Origin: an uncultured Candidatus Saccharibacteria bacterium
GTDB taxonomy: Bacteria > Patescibacteriota > Minisyncoccia > Portnoybacterales > UBA2143
Length of the DNA stretch: 64,000 bases
Direction: 5' to 3'
Assembly (NCBI GenBank): GCA_964413015.1
Contig: CAYPQZ010000008.1
Location: 111,626-175,625, forward strand
Shown in pieces: positions 25,981-35,401 of the stretch. Under the pieces are notes generated by a model that had not been told where the DNA came from, ran no database searches, and saw nothing but the letters and a program-made list of their open reading frames with translations. The position numbers and the translations under genes are program-made. Positions within the stretch are counted from its first letter, which is position 1, and the number at the start of each line of letters is the position of its first letter.

Positions 25981-26331
25981 ATGTCTTTTATAGATTTTAT
26001 CCAAAAAATCCAACGAAAACCCCGTTATGTCCGTATCCAAATACTCTGTTTGGCTGTTTTTGTTTGTATGGCTTTGATGATTACTTTTTGGGTTGTGTCT
26101 TTAAAAACCGACATTAAAGGCGAGATTTCAGAATCTTTAGAAGGAGCCAAAAAAGAAACCACATCTCTCAAAGAAGCTTTTAAGGCAAGTATCGGAGCTT
26201 TTTTTGAAGAGGACCTGGGAAAAGAATCAGAAGAAGAATTAGAAGATTGGCCGGATTATCAAATTGAACAGACTGAGCCAAAAGCTCAAAGACGAGATCT
26301 GAAACCGATGAAGCTTCCTTCAGGTAATTAA
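25981..26331 (+). CDS. hypothetical membrane-anchored acidic protein
   Basis: N-terminal TM then Glu-rich tail. Confidence 0.4.
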   Translation: MSFIDFIQKIQRKPRYVRIQILCLAVFVCMALMITFWVVSLKTDIKGEISESLEGAKKETTSLKEAFKASIGAFFEEDLGKESEEELEDWPDYQIEQTEPKAQRRDLKPMKLPSGN

Positions 26332-26337
26332 AATTTA

Positions 26338-28800
26338 ATGAGAAAAAAAGACGAAAAAAAAGAGAATAAAATAGAAGTTGGACAAATCAAAAAACGCTCG
26401 ATTACCGAAGAGATGAAAGATTCCTATTTGGATTATGCCATGAGCGTGATTGTGGCACGGGCTCTGCCCGATGTGCGCGATGGATTAAAACCGGTTCACC
26501 GTCGTATCCTTTACGCGATGTATCGAATGGGGCTAACCAGTTCGTCTAAATTTAGAAAATCGGCGACTATTGTCGGAGAGACCTTGGGTAAGTACCATCC
26601 TCACGGAGATGCGGCTGTCTATGAGTCAATGGTTAAAATGGCTCAGGATTTTCATACCAGGTATCCTTTGGTTCACGGACAGGGAAATTTTGGCTCTATG
26701 GATGGCGATAACGCAGCAGCTATGAGATATACGGAAGCGAAAATGCACCGGATTGCCGAAGAAATGCTCTTAGACATTGACAAAGAGACAGTTGATTGGA
26801 CAGATAATTATGACGGGACAAGAAAAGAGCCGGTTGTCCTGCCGGCTAAATTGCCCCAACTGCTTTTGAACGGATGTATGGGCATAGCGGTTGGCATGGC
26901 TACCAATATTCCGCCTCATAATCTGGGAGAAATAGTTGACGGGGTCATTTTTTTGATTGACAATCCCAAGTCCATGGTTCAGGACATCTTCAAATTCATT
27001 AAAGGTCCTGATTTTCCCACTGGTGGAGAAATCTACAATCGTCCGGGAATGATTCAGGCCTACAGCACCGGTCGAGGTCCGATTGTTAATCGGGCTAAAA
27101 CAGAAATTGTTGAAAGGAAAACGGGAAAATTCCAGATTGTTATTCACGAAATAACTTATGGAACGAATAAAGCTAATTTAATAACCAGAATAGCCGACTT
27201 AGTTAAAGACAAGAAGATACAGGGAGTTAAAGATGTTCGCGATGAGTCAGATAAAGAAGGCGTCAGAATAGCCATTGATCTGAAAAATGACGCGCAACCT
27301 CAGAAGATACTTAACCAGCTTTTCAAATTGACTGATTTGCAGAAAACCTTTCATTTGAATATGATTGCTTTGATTAACGGTCTTCAGCCTCAAGTTTTGT
27401 CTTTAAAGAATATTTTGGAGGAATATGTTAAACATCGCCGCGAAGTTGTTATCCGACGGGCTGAGTTTGAATTAAAACAGGCCAAAGCGAGGGTCCATAT
27501 TTTAGAAGGCCTGAACAAGGCGATTGACCATATTGACGCAGTCATTAAAACGATTAAAGAATCGGCTGATAAAGAAATTGCTCATAAAAACCTGGTTAAA
27601 AAGTTTAAGTTGACCGTTCTTCAGGCAGCTGCCATTTTAGAAATGCGCTTGCAGGCCTTGGCCGGCCTGGAAAGAAAGAAGATTAAAGATGAGCTAAAAG
27701 AGAAAAAGCAGCTGATTAAAGAACTGGGAATTTTGCTGAAAAGTCCTAGGAAAATTTTAGGGATAGTTAAGAAAGAGCTAAAAGAGACTAAGGAGAGATA
27801 CGCTGACGAGAGGAAGACCAAAGTTTACCGGCAGGCGGTTGGCCAGCTGACTGAAGAGGAATTAGTCTCCAAAGAAGAATGTGTTATTATTCTAACCATG
27901 GGCGGGTATATTAAGAGGGTCAACCCACAATCCTACCATACTCAGAAAAGAGGCGGCAAAGGAACAGTTGGCATCAAGCCCAGAGATGAAGACGTAGTTA
28001 GCTGGTTTTTATCTGCTTCAACCCATGATGATATTTTATTTTTCACTGACCAGGGACGAGTCTTTCGAGCTAAGGCCTATGAAATTCCGGAAACCGGCCG
28101 GACCGCCCGGGGACAGGCGATTGTCAACATTCTTCAACTAGGTCCCCAAGAAAAAATTAGCGCCATTCTGAATGTGGATAACCAGCAAAGCATGAAGTAT
28201 TTGGTAATGTCTACGGAAAATGGTATAATTAAGAGAACTAAAATTGAAGATTTTATTAATGTCAGGCGGTCCGGATTAATAGCTATTCGGTTGAATAAGG
28301 GAGATAAGCTAAAATGGGCTAAGCTAGCTTCTGGAAGAAGCGAAGTTATTTTGATAACTTCCAAAGGGCAAAGTATTCGTTTTAAAGAAAGTGATGTCAG
28401 GCCGATGTCCAGAGCAGCCGCCGGGGTAAAAGGCATTAATTTGAGGAAAAACGATAAATTAATCGGTATGGATGTTATTGAATCCGGCGATGAGAAAAAA
28501 GGGCTAAAAGTGCTGGTTATTACCAAGAATGGTTTTGGCAAAAGAACCTATTTAAAATATTACAAAATTCAAAAAAGGGGCGGTTTAGGAATTAAAACTG
28601 CCAAGCTTACTGAAAAAACAGGCGATATCGTGGCTAGCCGGATATTAAATAGGCAGGAAGACCTATTCGCTATTTCTCAAAAAGGACATGTGATTAGAAC
28701 CAACCTTAAAAATGTTTCCTGCTTAGGGAGAGCTACTCAAGGCGTCAGAATCATGAAAATGAGTCAGGGCGATGAAGTAGCCTCAATAGCATGTCTTTAA
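26338..28800 (+). CDS. gyrA: DNA gyrase subunit A
   Basis: [28 protein letters not shown] with active-site Tyr region; C-terminal beta-pinwheel repeats. Confidence 0.9.
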   Translation: MRKKDEKKENKIEVGQIKKRSITEEMKDSYLDYAMSVIVARALPDVRDGLKPVHRRILYAMYRMGLTSSSKFRKSATIVGETLGKYHPHGDAAVYESMVKMAQDFHTRYPLVHGQGNFGSMDGDNAAAMRYTEAKMHRIAEEMLLDIDKETVDWTDNYDGTRKEPVVLPAKLPQLLLNGCMGIAVGMATNIPPHNLGEIVDGVIFLIDNPKSMVQDIFKFIKGPDFPTGGEIYNRPGMIQAYSTGRGPIVNRAKTEIVERKTGKFQIVIHEITYGTNKANLITRIADLVKDKKIQGVKDVRDESDKEGVRIAIDLKNDAQPQKILNQLFKLTDLQKTFHLNMIALINGLQPQVLSLKNILEEYVKHRREVVIRRAEFELKQAKARVHILEGLNKAIDHIDAVIKTIKESADKEIAHKNLVKKFKLTVLQAAAILEMRLQALAGLERKKIKDELKEKKQLIKELGILLKSPRKILGIVKKELKETKERYADERKTKVYRQAVGQLTEEELVSKEECVIILTMGGYIKRVNPQSYHTQKRGGKGTVGIKPRDEDVVSWFLSASTHDDILFFTDQGRVFRAKAYEIPETGRTARGQAIVNILQLGPQEKISAILNVDNQQSMKYLVMSTENGIIKRTKIEDFINVRRSGLIAIRLNKGDKLKWAKLASGRSEVILITSKGQSIRFKESDVRPMSRAAAGVKGINLRKNDKLIGMDVIESGDEKKGLKVLVITKNGFGKRTYLKYYKIQKRGGLGIKTAKLTEKTGDIVASRILNRQEDLFAISQKGHVIRTNLKNVSCLGRATQGVRIMKMSQGDEVASIACL

Positions 28801-28803
28801 TTT

Positions 28804-29340
28804 ATGGCAGAGAATACTAATGGCTTTTTTAAACCAGAGGAAATTTTAAGCCAGTTGGATATACGTAATAATATGATAGTGGCTGATTTTGGCTGCGGCG
28901 GAGGATTTTTCAGCATTCCGGTGGCTAAATTGGTTAAACGTGGTCAGGTTTATGCTTTAGACGTGATTAAGGAAAATTTGGAAGCGGTTAGAAGCAAAGC
29001 TGAATTAGAAGGTATTGGCAATATTACAACAGTCCATTGCAATCTAGAAATTCTGGGTTCTTCTAAAATAAAAGACGATTCAGCGGATTTGGTCATTTTG
29101 CGAAATATTTTGTTCCAGTCCCAGAAAAAAGAAGAAGTTCTTAAGGAGGTAAAAAGGATTCTTAAAGATAATGGCCGAATGGTTATTATTGAGTGGCTTA
29201 AGGGCGCTTCTTTAGCTCCCGAAGAAGGATGGTTTGTTTCAAAGGACGAGCTTAGAAATTTAGTTAGTGGTCAGGGATTAGTTTTAGATAGAGAATTATC
29301 TCTTGATAACCAGCATTACGGAATGGTTTTTAAGAAATAG
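28804..29340 (+). CDS. class I SAM-dependent methyltransferase
   Basis: VADFGCGGGFFS motif I. Confidence 0.65.
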   Translation: MAENTNGFFKPEEILSQLDIRNNMIVADFGCGGGFFSIPVAKLVKRGQVYALDVIKENLEAVRSKAELEGIGNITTVHCNLEILGSSKIKDDSADLVILRNILFQSQKKEEVLKEVKRILKDNGRMVIIEWLKGASLAPEEGWFVSKDELRNLVSGQGLVLDRELSLDNQHYGMVFKK

Positions 29341-29365
29341 ATTAAGGACAGTTCTTGTATAAATC

Positions 29366-30661
29366 ATGCCTAAAATAAAATTTACCAAGCTTTACACTTT
29401 CGTTATTCCGGTTATTATTATTGGGCTGGCTTCTGTTATCCCGGGATGCAAGGAGAAACCAAAAGATGTAAAATTGGAATTCTGGGGAATTTTTGACGAT
29501 TCAGATATTTACAAATCATTAATTAACGATTTTAGCAGCCAATATCCGCACATTAAGATAAATTATCACAAAAGAGTCAGCTCATCTTATGAGAAAGATT
29601 TGCTTGAGGCTATGGCCACTAATCGTGGCCCGGACATTTTTATGCTTCACAACACTTGGCTGCCTAGGTATCAAAATAAGGTAATGGCTGCTCCGTCGGA
29701 GCTTATTACCCTCAAGCAATTTCAGGAAGATTTTGTTGATGTAGTTTATGAGGATTTTGTCTTAGATGATTATTACATCTGCGCTTTGCCTTTGGGAGTT
29801 GATACTTTGGCTCTTTATTACAATAAGGATATTTTTAATACCGATGGGATTGCTCGTCCTCCAGTCACCTGGGAAGAATTTTTAACTGATGTGGAAAAGC
29901 TCACTCTTGAGGATGAACGCGGAAACATTACTAGAGCGGGAGCCGCTTTAGGCACGGCCCGAAACATTAATCGTTCAACCGACATTCTTTCTCTTTTGAT
30001 GCTTCAGTCTGGGACTCCGGTAGTTAATGCAGATGAAAGCAAGGCAGTCTTCAATAATCCAATTAGGGCTGATTCTGGAGAGGAATTTTGTCCTGGCGAA
30101 AGAGCTTTGGAATTTTACACTGATTTTGCCAATCCCTTAAAATCAGTTTATACTTGGAATACCCGGATGCATTATTCTATTGATGCTTTTTATGAAGGAA
30201 AGGCGGCGATGATATTTAATTATGCCTACAATTTGCCGATTATCCGAGCAAAAGCGCCCTATTTAAATTTTGCGGTGGCGCCGATGCCGCAAATCAAAGG
30301 AGCGGACAAAAATGTTAATTACGCTAATTATTGGGGATTAACGGTTTCCCGCAATTCCGAGGTTCCTGTAGCCGCTTGGCAGTTTATCGTCTGGCTTTCT
30401 GAAAAAGAGAATATGAAGAAGTATTTAGAATTGACCGAAAGGCCAACTGCCAGACGCGATTTAGTTGACTGGCAGAGAGACGACCCTAGAATAGGGGTTT
30501 TTGCCGGGCAGGCTCTAACTGCTCATTCTTGGTACCAAGTGGATAACTCCAGCATTGAAACCGTTTTAGCGAATATGATAGAATCAGTAGTGCTGGGTGA
30601 ATCAACTATTAAAGACGCTGTTGGAAAAGCGGCCAAGCAAATAACTCTTTTGATGAAATAA
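29366..30661 (+). CDS. ABC-transporter extracellular solute-binding lipoprotein (SBP family 1)
   Basis: Lipobox ...VIPGC and a sugar-SBP-like fold sequence. No permease genes are adjacent. Confidence 0.55.
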   Translation: MPKIKFTKLYTFVIPVIIIGLASVIPGCKEKPKDVKLEFWGIFDDSDIYKSLINDFSSQYPHIKINYHKRVSSSYEKDLLEAMATNRGPDIFMLHNTWLPRYQNKVMAAPSELITLKQFQEDFVDVVYEDFVLDDYYICALPLGVDTLALYYNKDIFNTDGIARPPVTWEEFLTDVEKLTLEDERGNITRAGAALGTARNINRSTDILSLLMLQSGTPVVNADESKAVFNNPIRADSGEEFCPGERALEFYTDFANPLKSVYTWNTRMHYSIDAFYEGKAAMIFNYAYNLPIIRAKAPYLNFAVAPMPQIKGADKNVNYANYWGLTVSRNSEVPVAAWQFIVWLSEKENMKKYLELTERPTARRDLVDWQRDDPRIGVFAGQALTAHSWYQVDNSSIETVLANMIESVVLGESTIKDAVGKAAKQITLLMK

Positions 30662-30663
30662 GA

Positions 30664-31014
30664 ATGTATTTGATTAAAAACAAATTTATAAAGTTCGCTT
30701 GGTTATTTTTTATAGGATTAATTTTAGCGGTTCCGTTGTTTAACGCTTGGGCCGCTAATAGCAGCAATTTTAAAAACCCGCTTGATTCGGACAGTTTTAG
30801 TGAAATAGCCGAAAGCATTATAGAATGGATAGTTAATATCGGAGTGTTAATTGCCGTTATTATGATTATTTATTCCGGTATTTTATTTATGGCCTCTCGA
30901 GGCGATGACGAGAATATTACCAAGGCTAAAAAGGCTTTAATGTGGTCTTTAATCGGTTTAGCTATTTTATTGATAGGCAAAAGCTGGATTAGTATTATTG
31001 AAAGTTTGCTTTAA
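30664..31014 (+). CDS. small secreted two-helix membrane protein (VirB2/TrbC-pilin-like topology)
   Basis: Signal peptide, TM, charged loop ASRGDDENITKAKKA, second TM. Paralogous to the next gene. Confidence 0.4.
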   Translation: MYLIKNKFIKFAWLFFIGLILAVPLFNAWAANSSNFKNPLDSDSFSEIAESIIEWIVNIGVLIAVIMIIYSGILFMASRGDDENITKAKKALMWSLIGLAILLIGKSWISIIESLL

Positions 31015-31164
31015 ATACTTAAATAAAAATTGCAGCTCGTCTTTGCCATTTAAGCTTTGGCAAGGTAGGCCCGCCTTCGTTCCGGCTTGCGTCTGAGCTT
31101 CGGCGGACGCTAATTTTTATAGTTAAATTGAAAATTTAGATAAAAATTGCGAAAGGGGGTGAAA

Positions 31165-31524
31165 TTTGTGAAAAAAATTAAAGGAATCATATATTCTATA
31201 TCAGCAAGTTTGTTGGCCCTGCCGTTTGTTAGTGCCGCTCAACCCCCGTCGATTCCAAGAGGCGAAGGCTCGATTGAAAGTCTGTATGAAAAATTTATCG
31301 TTATAGTTCAATATATTTTTGGTATCGCCTTAGCTATAGGAATAATTTTGATAATTTGGGGAGGTGTTGGCTGGATGATGGCCGGAGGAGACGAAGAGAA
31401 AATTACTACTGCTCGCCGAAATTTACTATACGGGGTAATCGGGATAGCTATTATTATCGGAGTCTACGTAATAATTAATGCAGTTGCTAGCTTTCTTGGA
31501 CTTACCGTTGATCTCCCTTCCTAA
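31165..31524 (+). CDS. small secreted two-helix membrane protein, paralog of 30664-31014
   Basis: Same architecture (MAGGDEEKITTARRN loop). GTG start chosen after SD GGGGGTGA; the ORF-track TTG at 31147 would translate the SD. Confidence 0.4.
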   Translation, partial: FVKKIKGIIYSISASLLALPFVSAAQPPSIPRGEGSIESLYEKFIVIVQYIFGIALAIGIILIIWGGVGWMMAGGDEEKITTARRNLLYGVIGIAIIIGVYVIINAVASFLGLTVDLPS

Positions 31525-31546
31525 AGTTGGCTTTAGAATTATAAAT

Positions 31547-31586
31547 GAAAAAGCCAGGAACGCTTTTTGCGTTGCCTGGCTTTTAA
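31547..31586. terminator. bidirectional terminator
   Basis: CCAGGAACGC-TTTTT-GCGTTGCCTGG hairpin between convergent genes. Confidence 0.6.
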
Positions 31587-33235
31587 TTTTCTTCTGTCTG
31601 AAAAATTATTACTTCTGGATATTTCGGGGATTGGTAAACCTTTTTAAATAAAGGAGAATTTACTAATATTCCTTTAAGTATCTTGTGCGTTTTATTGCGA
31701 TTGTCTATAAAAATATACCGGCTTTGAAAATCGTCCTTAATAATTTGGTGTATTTTTTTTCCACGTTGAGAGATTTTTTCGGTATAAACTGAATTAGGGC
31801 ATTTTTTTATGTTTTGAGAGCAGATAATCCCTTGGTTGGTAATATTATGCCAAAGCCAGTAAAGCTTTTTATCATAAACATACATAAAAGTAGGGTCCAT
31901 ACCGACAATATATCTATTGTGGTGATTATAGAAAAACAATTGCGGGAAATTGTCCCAATTAGCATTGAAAACAATCGAGTTCTGCAGGGTGTTTTGTTTT
32001 AGCCATTCTCCTGCCCCTTTATATTTATCGAATGGATAAATGTTCTCTTCCATAGATTTAATTGCTTTAGTAATGTTGGCATAACTGAAGAAAATAATGA
32101 TTGAACCGAGCGCAACGAGAAAAAAATATTTCAGCCAGGACAAAAAGTAGTATTTTTTCTGGAATATCTTAATAAATTCAGCGATTATCCTTTTCCAGTA
32201 ATTGTCTCGAGAAAGGTATTTAAAGGTAAAAGCGGCAAAAAGGACGGTAAATGGAATCCAATATTCGAAAAAACGTTGGCTCATAAAAGTTAATATGCAG
32301 AAAAAGACTGATAGAGAAAAAGCGTAGATATAGATAATTGATAGTTTATTTTTCTTAATTCTTTTTTCTATGAAATTTATAATCATAGAAGCTATTCCTA
32401 TGCCGAAAAGATAAATCAGAACCAAATTATCTTTTACAGAAGCGCTGATCGGATGCATTTCAACGCCGATATTTAATTGAACGCCTTTGAGCTTATAAAA
32501 AATTACATAAAAATTTTGGATGAAAATAGTGTAAAAGTTTTGAGGAAAATCGGGACGAACGATTAACCCTATAAGAAGTCCTGCAAAAAGATAAGCTAGA
32601 ATTCTCCAGTCAAATTTTTTAGTTTTCCAATATTCTATCAGAACATAGATTAATCCAATTATCAGGATGAGCTGGGAAGCGGTATAGGTTAGAGTATAGA
32701 TTAATGACAACAAAAGAAGGTAAAAATATTTTTTATTAATAATTAAATAAAATCCCAAGATTAGAAATATAATAGACAAAAGGAACGCTCTTGAAAGGGT
32801 CACTCGGAAAATAAAATCACTTGAAGCGGCAAAAAGCAATAAGGTCCATATAAGGCTATATTTTATTTTGGATTTTTTTAAAATCCAATAGAACAAAGAA
32901 AAAATTAAAGCGGCTAAAAAAACAGCCGCTATTTTACTACCAGCAATTAAGTCTCCATAGGTAAAGGGTATTAGGAAAATATGATGGAAAAAAGAAAGGT
33001 CGGTTGGGAATTTATTTAATATAGTATATTCTCCTATGCTAAAATTATTTAATGTTTCTACTATGCCCAGAGACTGATAAAGATTAGCATATTTGATATG
33101 ATAATAAGCATCTGTTCCGGTTAGGTTCAGCGATGAGAATTGGATTAAAATAAAAGCCGTAAAGAATAGGAGAAAAACTAAAAAAAGGCGAATTGCCTTA
33201 GATTGTTTTATTGTTGAAAAAGCGGATAATCTCAT
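31583..33235 (-). CDS. polytopic membrane protein, probable GT-C-fold glycosyltransferase (ArnT/PMT-like)
   Basis: 550 aa, 10 or more TM helices in the N-terminal two thirds, then a soluble C-terminal domain. Confidence 0.4.
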   Translation of the reverse strand: MRLSAFSTIKQSKAIRLFLVFLLFFTAFILIQFSSLNLTGTDAYYHIKYANLYQSLGIVETLNNFSIGEYTILNKFPTDLSFFHHIFLIPFTYGDLIAGSKIAAVFLAALIFSLFYWILKKSKIKYSLIWTLLLFAASSDFIFRVTLSRAFLLSIIFLILGFYLIINKKYFYLLLLSLIYTLTYTASQLILIIGLIYVLIEYWKTKKFDWRILAYLFAGLLIGLIVRPDFPQNFYTIFIQNFYVIFYKLKGVQLNIGVEMHPISASVKDNLVLIYLFGIGIASMIINFIEKRIKKNKLSIIYIYAFSLSVFFCILTFMSQRFFEYWIPFTVLFAAFTFKYLSRDNYWKRIIAEFIKIFQKKYYFLSWLKYFFLVALGSIIIFFSYANITKAIKSMEENIYPFDKYKGAGEWLKQNTLQNSIVFNANWDNFPQLFFYNHHNRYIVGMDPTFMYVYDKKLYWLWHNITNQGIICSQNIKKCPNSVYTEKISQRGKKIHQIIKDDFQSRYIFIDNRNKTHKILKGILVNSPLFKKVYQSPKYPEVIIFQTEEN

Positions 33236-33296
33236 AATGTTGTATAAATTATAACAAAAAAGAGGCGGAGAAGCTAAAGCTTCCGCCTCTTGTTAG

Positions 33297-33818
33297 TTAA
33301 ATTATTTTAACCTTAACAGCGAAACTGCCAAAGTTGTCTTGTATCCAGTCCAACCTAAATCTCTGGCCGTCGTGGATGTCGTCATTGACAGTGAAGTAAA
33401 GTTTTCCGCTCCGAGAAGCAAGGAAACTTTTCCCCTTTCCCACAAAGAACCATGGGCCGCTGCCTATTTTAGCGCAGAGGGCCATAAACGGAGAGTTTGG
33501 GCCTAAAGGACGTTTTCTTCTAGCGTCCCAACACCATGGCCTCCCTTCTGGCCCCGTCCATCCGTAGGCCCCATCACTTTGATCTCTGCAACTGTTAACT
33601 TTCCCAGTAGCTTTAATCGAAATTTTTTGACCTTTTTCCATCCATATTCCAGAATCAAATTTCAGCGATTTTGCTGGAATCATTAATTCCGAATATCCGT
33701 CAAGATTTTGATTGATAGACGGTTTTTTAGGGAATTCTGACTTCCATAAAGGCACTATTAATAAACATGCTCCGATTAAAACTAGGAAACATTTCCATCC
33801 TTTAGACATTTTTTCCAT
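33297..33818 (-). CDS. secreted PA-IL/LecA-like lectin-domain protein
   Basis: Signal peptide. The C-terminal half aligns with the P. aeruginosa PA-IL motifs (ALCAKIGSG / FTVNDD...DNFGSFAVKV). Confidence 0.55.
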   Translation of the reverse strand: MEKMSKGWKCFLVLIGACLLIVPLWKSEFPKKPSINQNLDGYSELMIPAKSLKFDSGIWMEKGQKISIKATGKVNSCRDQSDGAYGWTGPEGRPWCWDARRKRPLGPNSPFMALCAKIGSGPWFFVGKGKSFLASRSGKLYFTVNDDIHDGQRFRLDWIQDNFGSFAVKVKII

Positions 33819-33821
33819 TCT

Positions 33822-34874
33822 CTACCTCCTTCTTAGCGCTTCGCCTATGCCCTTGCCAAAACCTTCAAGCCCTTGAATATCATGAATTTGTTTATTCACC
33901 TTTTTCCTTTCCGTCTGGACTATATCGCGAGCTTCTTGAAGAGAATATCCTATACCTTTAAGTTCTTTAATTCTTTTCCGAACATGTTCAAGTTCTGTTT
34001 TTTCCGCTTCTCGTTCTTTCTTTTCTTTTACGTCTTTTTCAGCGGCTTTTTCTAATTCAGTCCCTTCTTTTATAGATATGTCGCCAATATTGAGACGATT
34101 TAAGGTTATGCCTAATTGTGGAATAGATTGAATTCCATTCCCTCTTTGTATCTCTTTTACTTGATTTATCCTTATCCCAACCTCTTTTTCAATGTTTGCC
34201 TTGTCTTCTTTTTGTAGTATTTCGTCAACGCGTTTCCATTTTTTCCCCCATGTTCTCTCTTCACTTTTGGTTGGTGATATTTGTGGTTCGTTGAAATACT
34301 TAAAAAGAATAGTCGTTGGGACACGCGATGGAATTGGGTTTAATTCTTTACCGGCTACTGCTTTAATAAGTATTTCTACGGCTTCTTCCCGAGAGCCAAG
34401 CGCCTCTTCAAAAGTTTGGGGTCCTTCTTGATGATTCATTGCCCAAGCCCTAACTCTTTCTCGAACGATATCAGCCAGAATATTTTTTACTCCATTCTCG
34501 CCACCGCTATTGAGATAATTAATTAGATATTTTTCATGAGGCGTCCAAGTTAAACTAATAGGAATTTCTAATACGGCTAAATCAGGCGTCCTAACTGTTT
34601 CTGTCGGTAAATCCTGATTTTTCTTTGTTACATCAACAGGGATTACGTCGTAAAAAAAAGGAATTAAAAATCTCCATCCTTCTTTTTTAGTTTTATCCCT
34701 CCTTTGCCCTAGAATGGTAATTAGTCCAAGATGAGGCGGATCGGCTTTTATTTTTTTTAAACAAATAGCTAGTCCCAATATGCTTAACCCTAATGGAATG
34801 CAGCCCCAGACGTTCCATGCTAATAACCATAAAAATCCTAATCCCATCATTCCAAAGATAATTCCTGCTATCAT
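33822..34874 (-). CDS. SPFH/band-7 (stomatin/prohibitin-like) domain membrane protein
   Basis: N-terminal TM, SPFH-like core, long C-terminal coiled coil rich in Glu/Lys. Confidence 0.6.
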   Translation of the reverse strand: MIAGIIFGMMGLGFLWLLAWNVWGCIPLGLSILGLAICLKKIKADPPHLGLITILGQRRDKTKKEGWRFLIPFFYDVIPVDVTKKNQDLPTETVRTPDLAVLEIPISLTWTPHEKYLINYLNSGGENGVKNILADIVRERVRAWAMNHQEGPQTFEEALGSREEAVEILIKAVAGKELNPIPSRVPTTILFKYFNEPQISPTKSEERTWGKKWKRVDEILQKEDKANIEKEVGIRINQVKEIQRGNGIQSIPQLGITLNRLNIGDISIKEGTELEKAAEKDVKEKKEREAEKTELEHVRKRIKELKGIGYSLQEARDIVQTERKKVNKQIHDIQGLEGFGKGIGEALRRR

Positions 34875-35125
34875 GATTTTCCCTCCTTTTCAGTTATTAT
34901 TTTTTTAAGGAACTGGAATCCAAGTTCCTTTTTGCCTAAATTCCTTTACATATTATATACAATAAAAATAAAAATGTCAACCTCAAACCAGAGCAAAACT
35001 CAATTCAGGGCAAATAGTTGATTTATGCCCTAGATTTATTTATACTATGAATAGTTGAAATAAAATCTTGCCTTTGCGAATAACAAACTGTGCACGCCTT
35101 ATCACGCCGTGAGACAGGACGAAAG

Positions 35126-35208
35126 GCGGACGTGGCGGAACGGCAGACGCGTCAGGTTTAGGACCTGGTGGGGTAAAACCCGTGAGAGTTCAAATCTCTC
35201 CGTCCGCA
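35126..35208 (+). tRNA. tRNA-Leu (TAG)
   Basis: Acceptor GCGGACG/CGTCCGC, anticodon loop UU-TAG-GA, long variable arm. Confidence 0.85.
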
Positions 35209-35239
35209 CAGAATAAATAAAATTAAAAAAAGGCCGGTC

Positions 35240-35330
35240 AAAATTTAAGGAGTCGTCCTCTCCCTCCGGAGGCGGACAGGCGAGCGTGACCTTCCACCTT
35301 TGGCGTAAGATCACTATTCTCAATGACAAT
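35240..35330 (-). other. conserved ~90-nt non-coding element, copy A
   Basis: About 85% identical to 59521-59610 in the opposite orientation. Contains CTGTCCGCCTCCGGAGGGA and hairpins. Confidence 0.6.
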
Positions 35331-35401
35331 ATTTAAATTTTTAAAATTGTCTTCTTCGCAAACACAGCATCCAAAAGGACTGCCCTTTAAAGATTGAAAT
35401 C

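Noticed and set aside
34903-34935. AAGGAACTGGAATCCAAGTTCCTT palindrome upstream of the SPFH gene as a member of the AAGGACnGTCCTT family
   Set aside because: The sequence is different (AAGGAAC...GTTCCTT with an 8-nt spacer). It is more likely a local terminator or operator hairpin and is not counted in the motif family.
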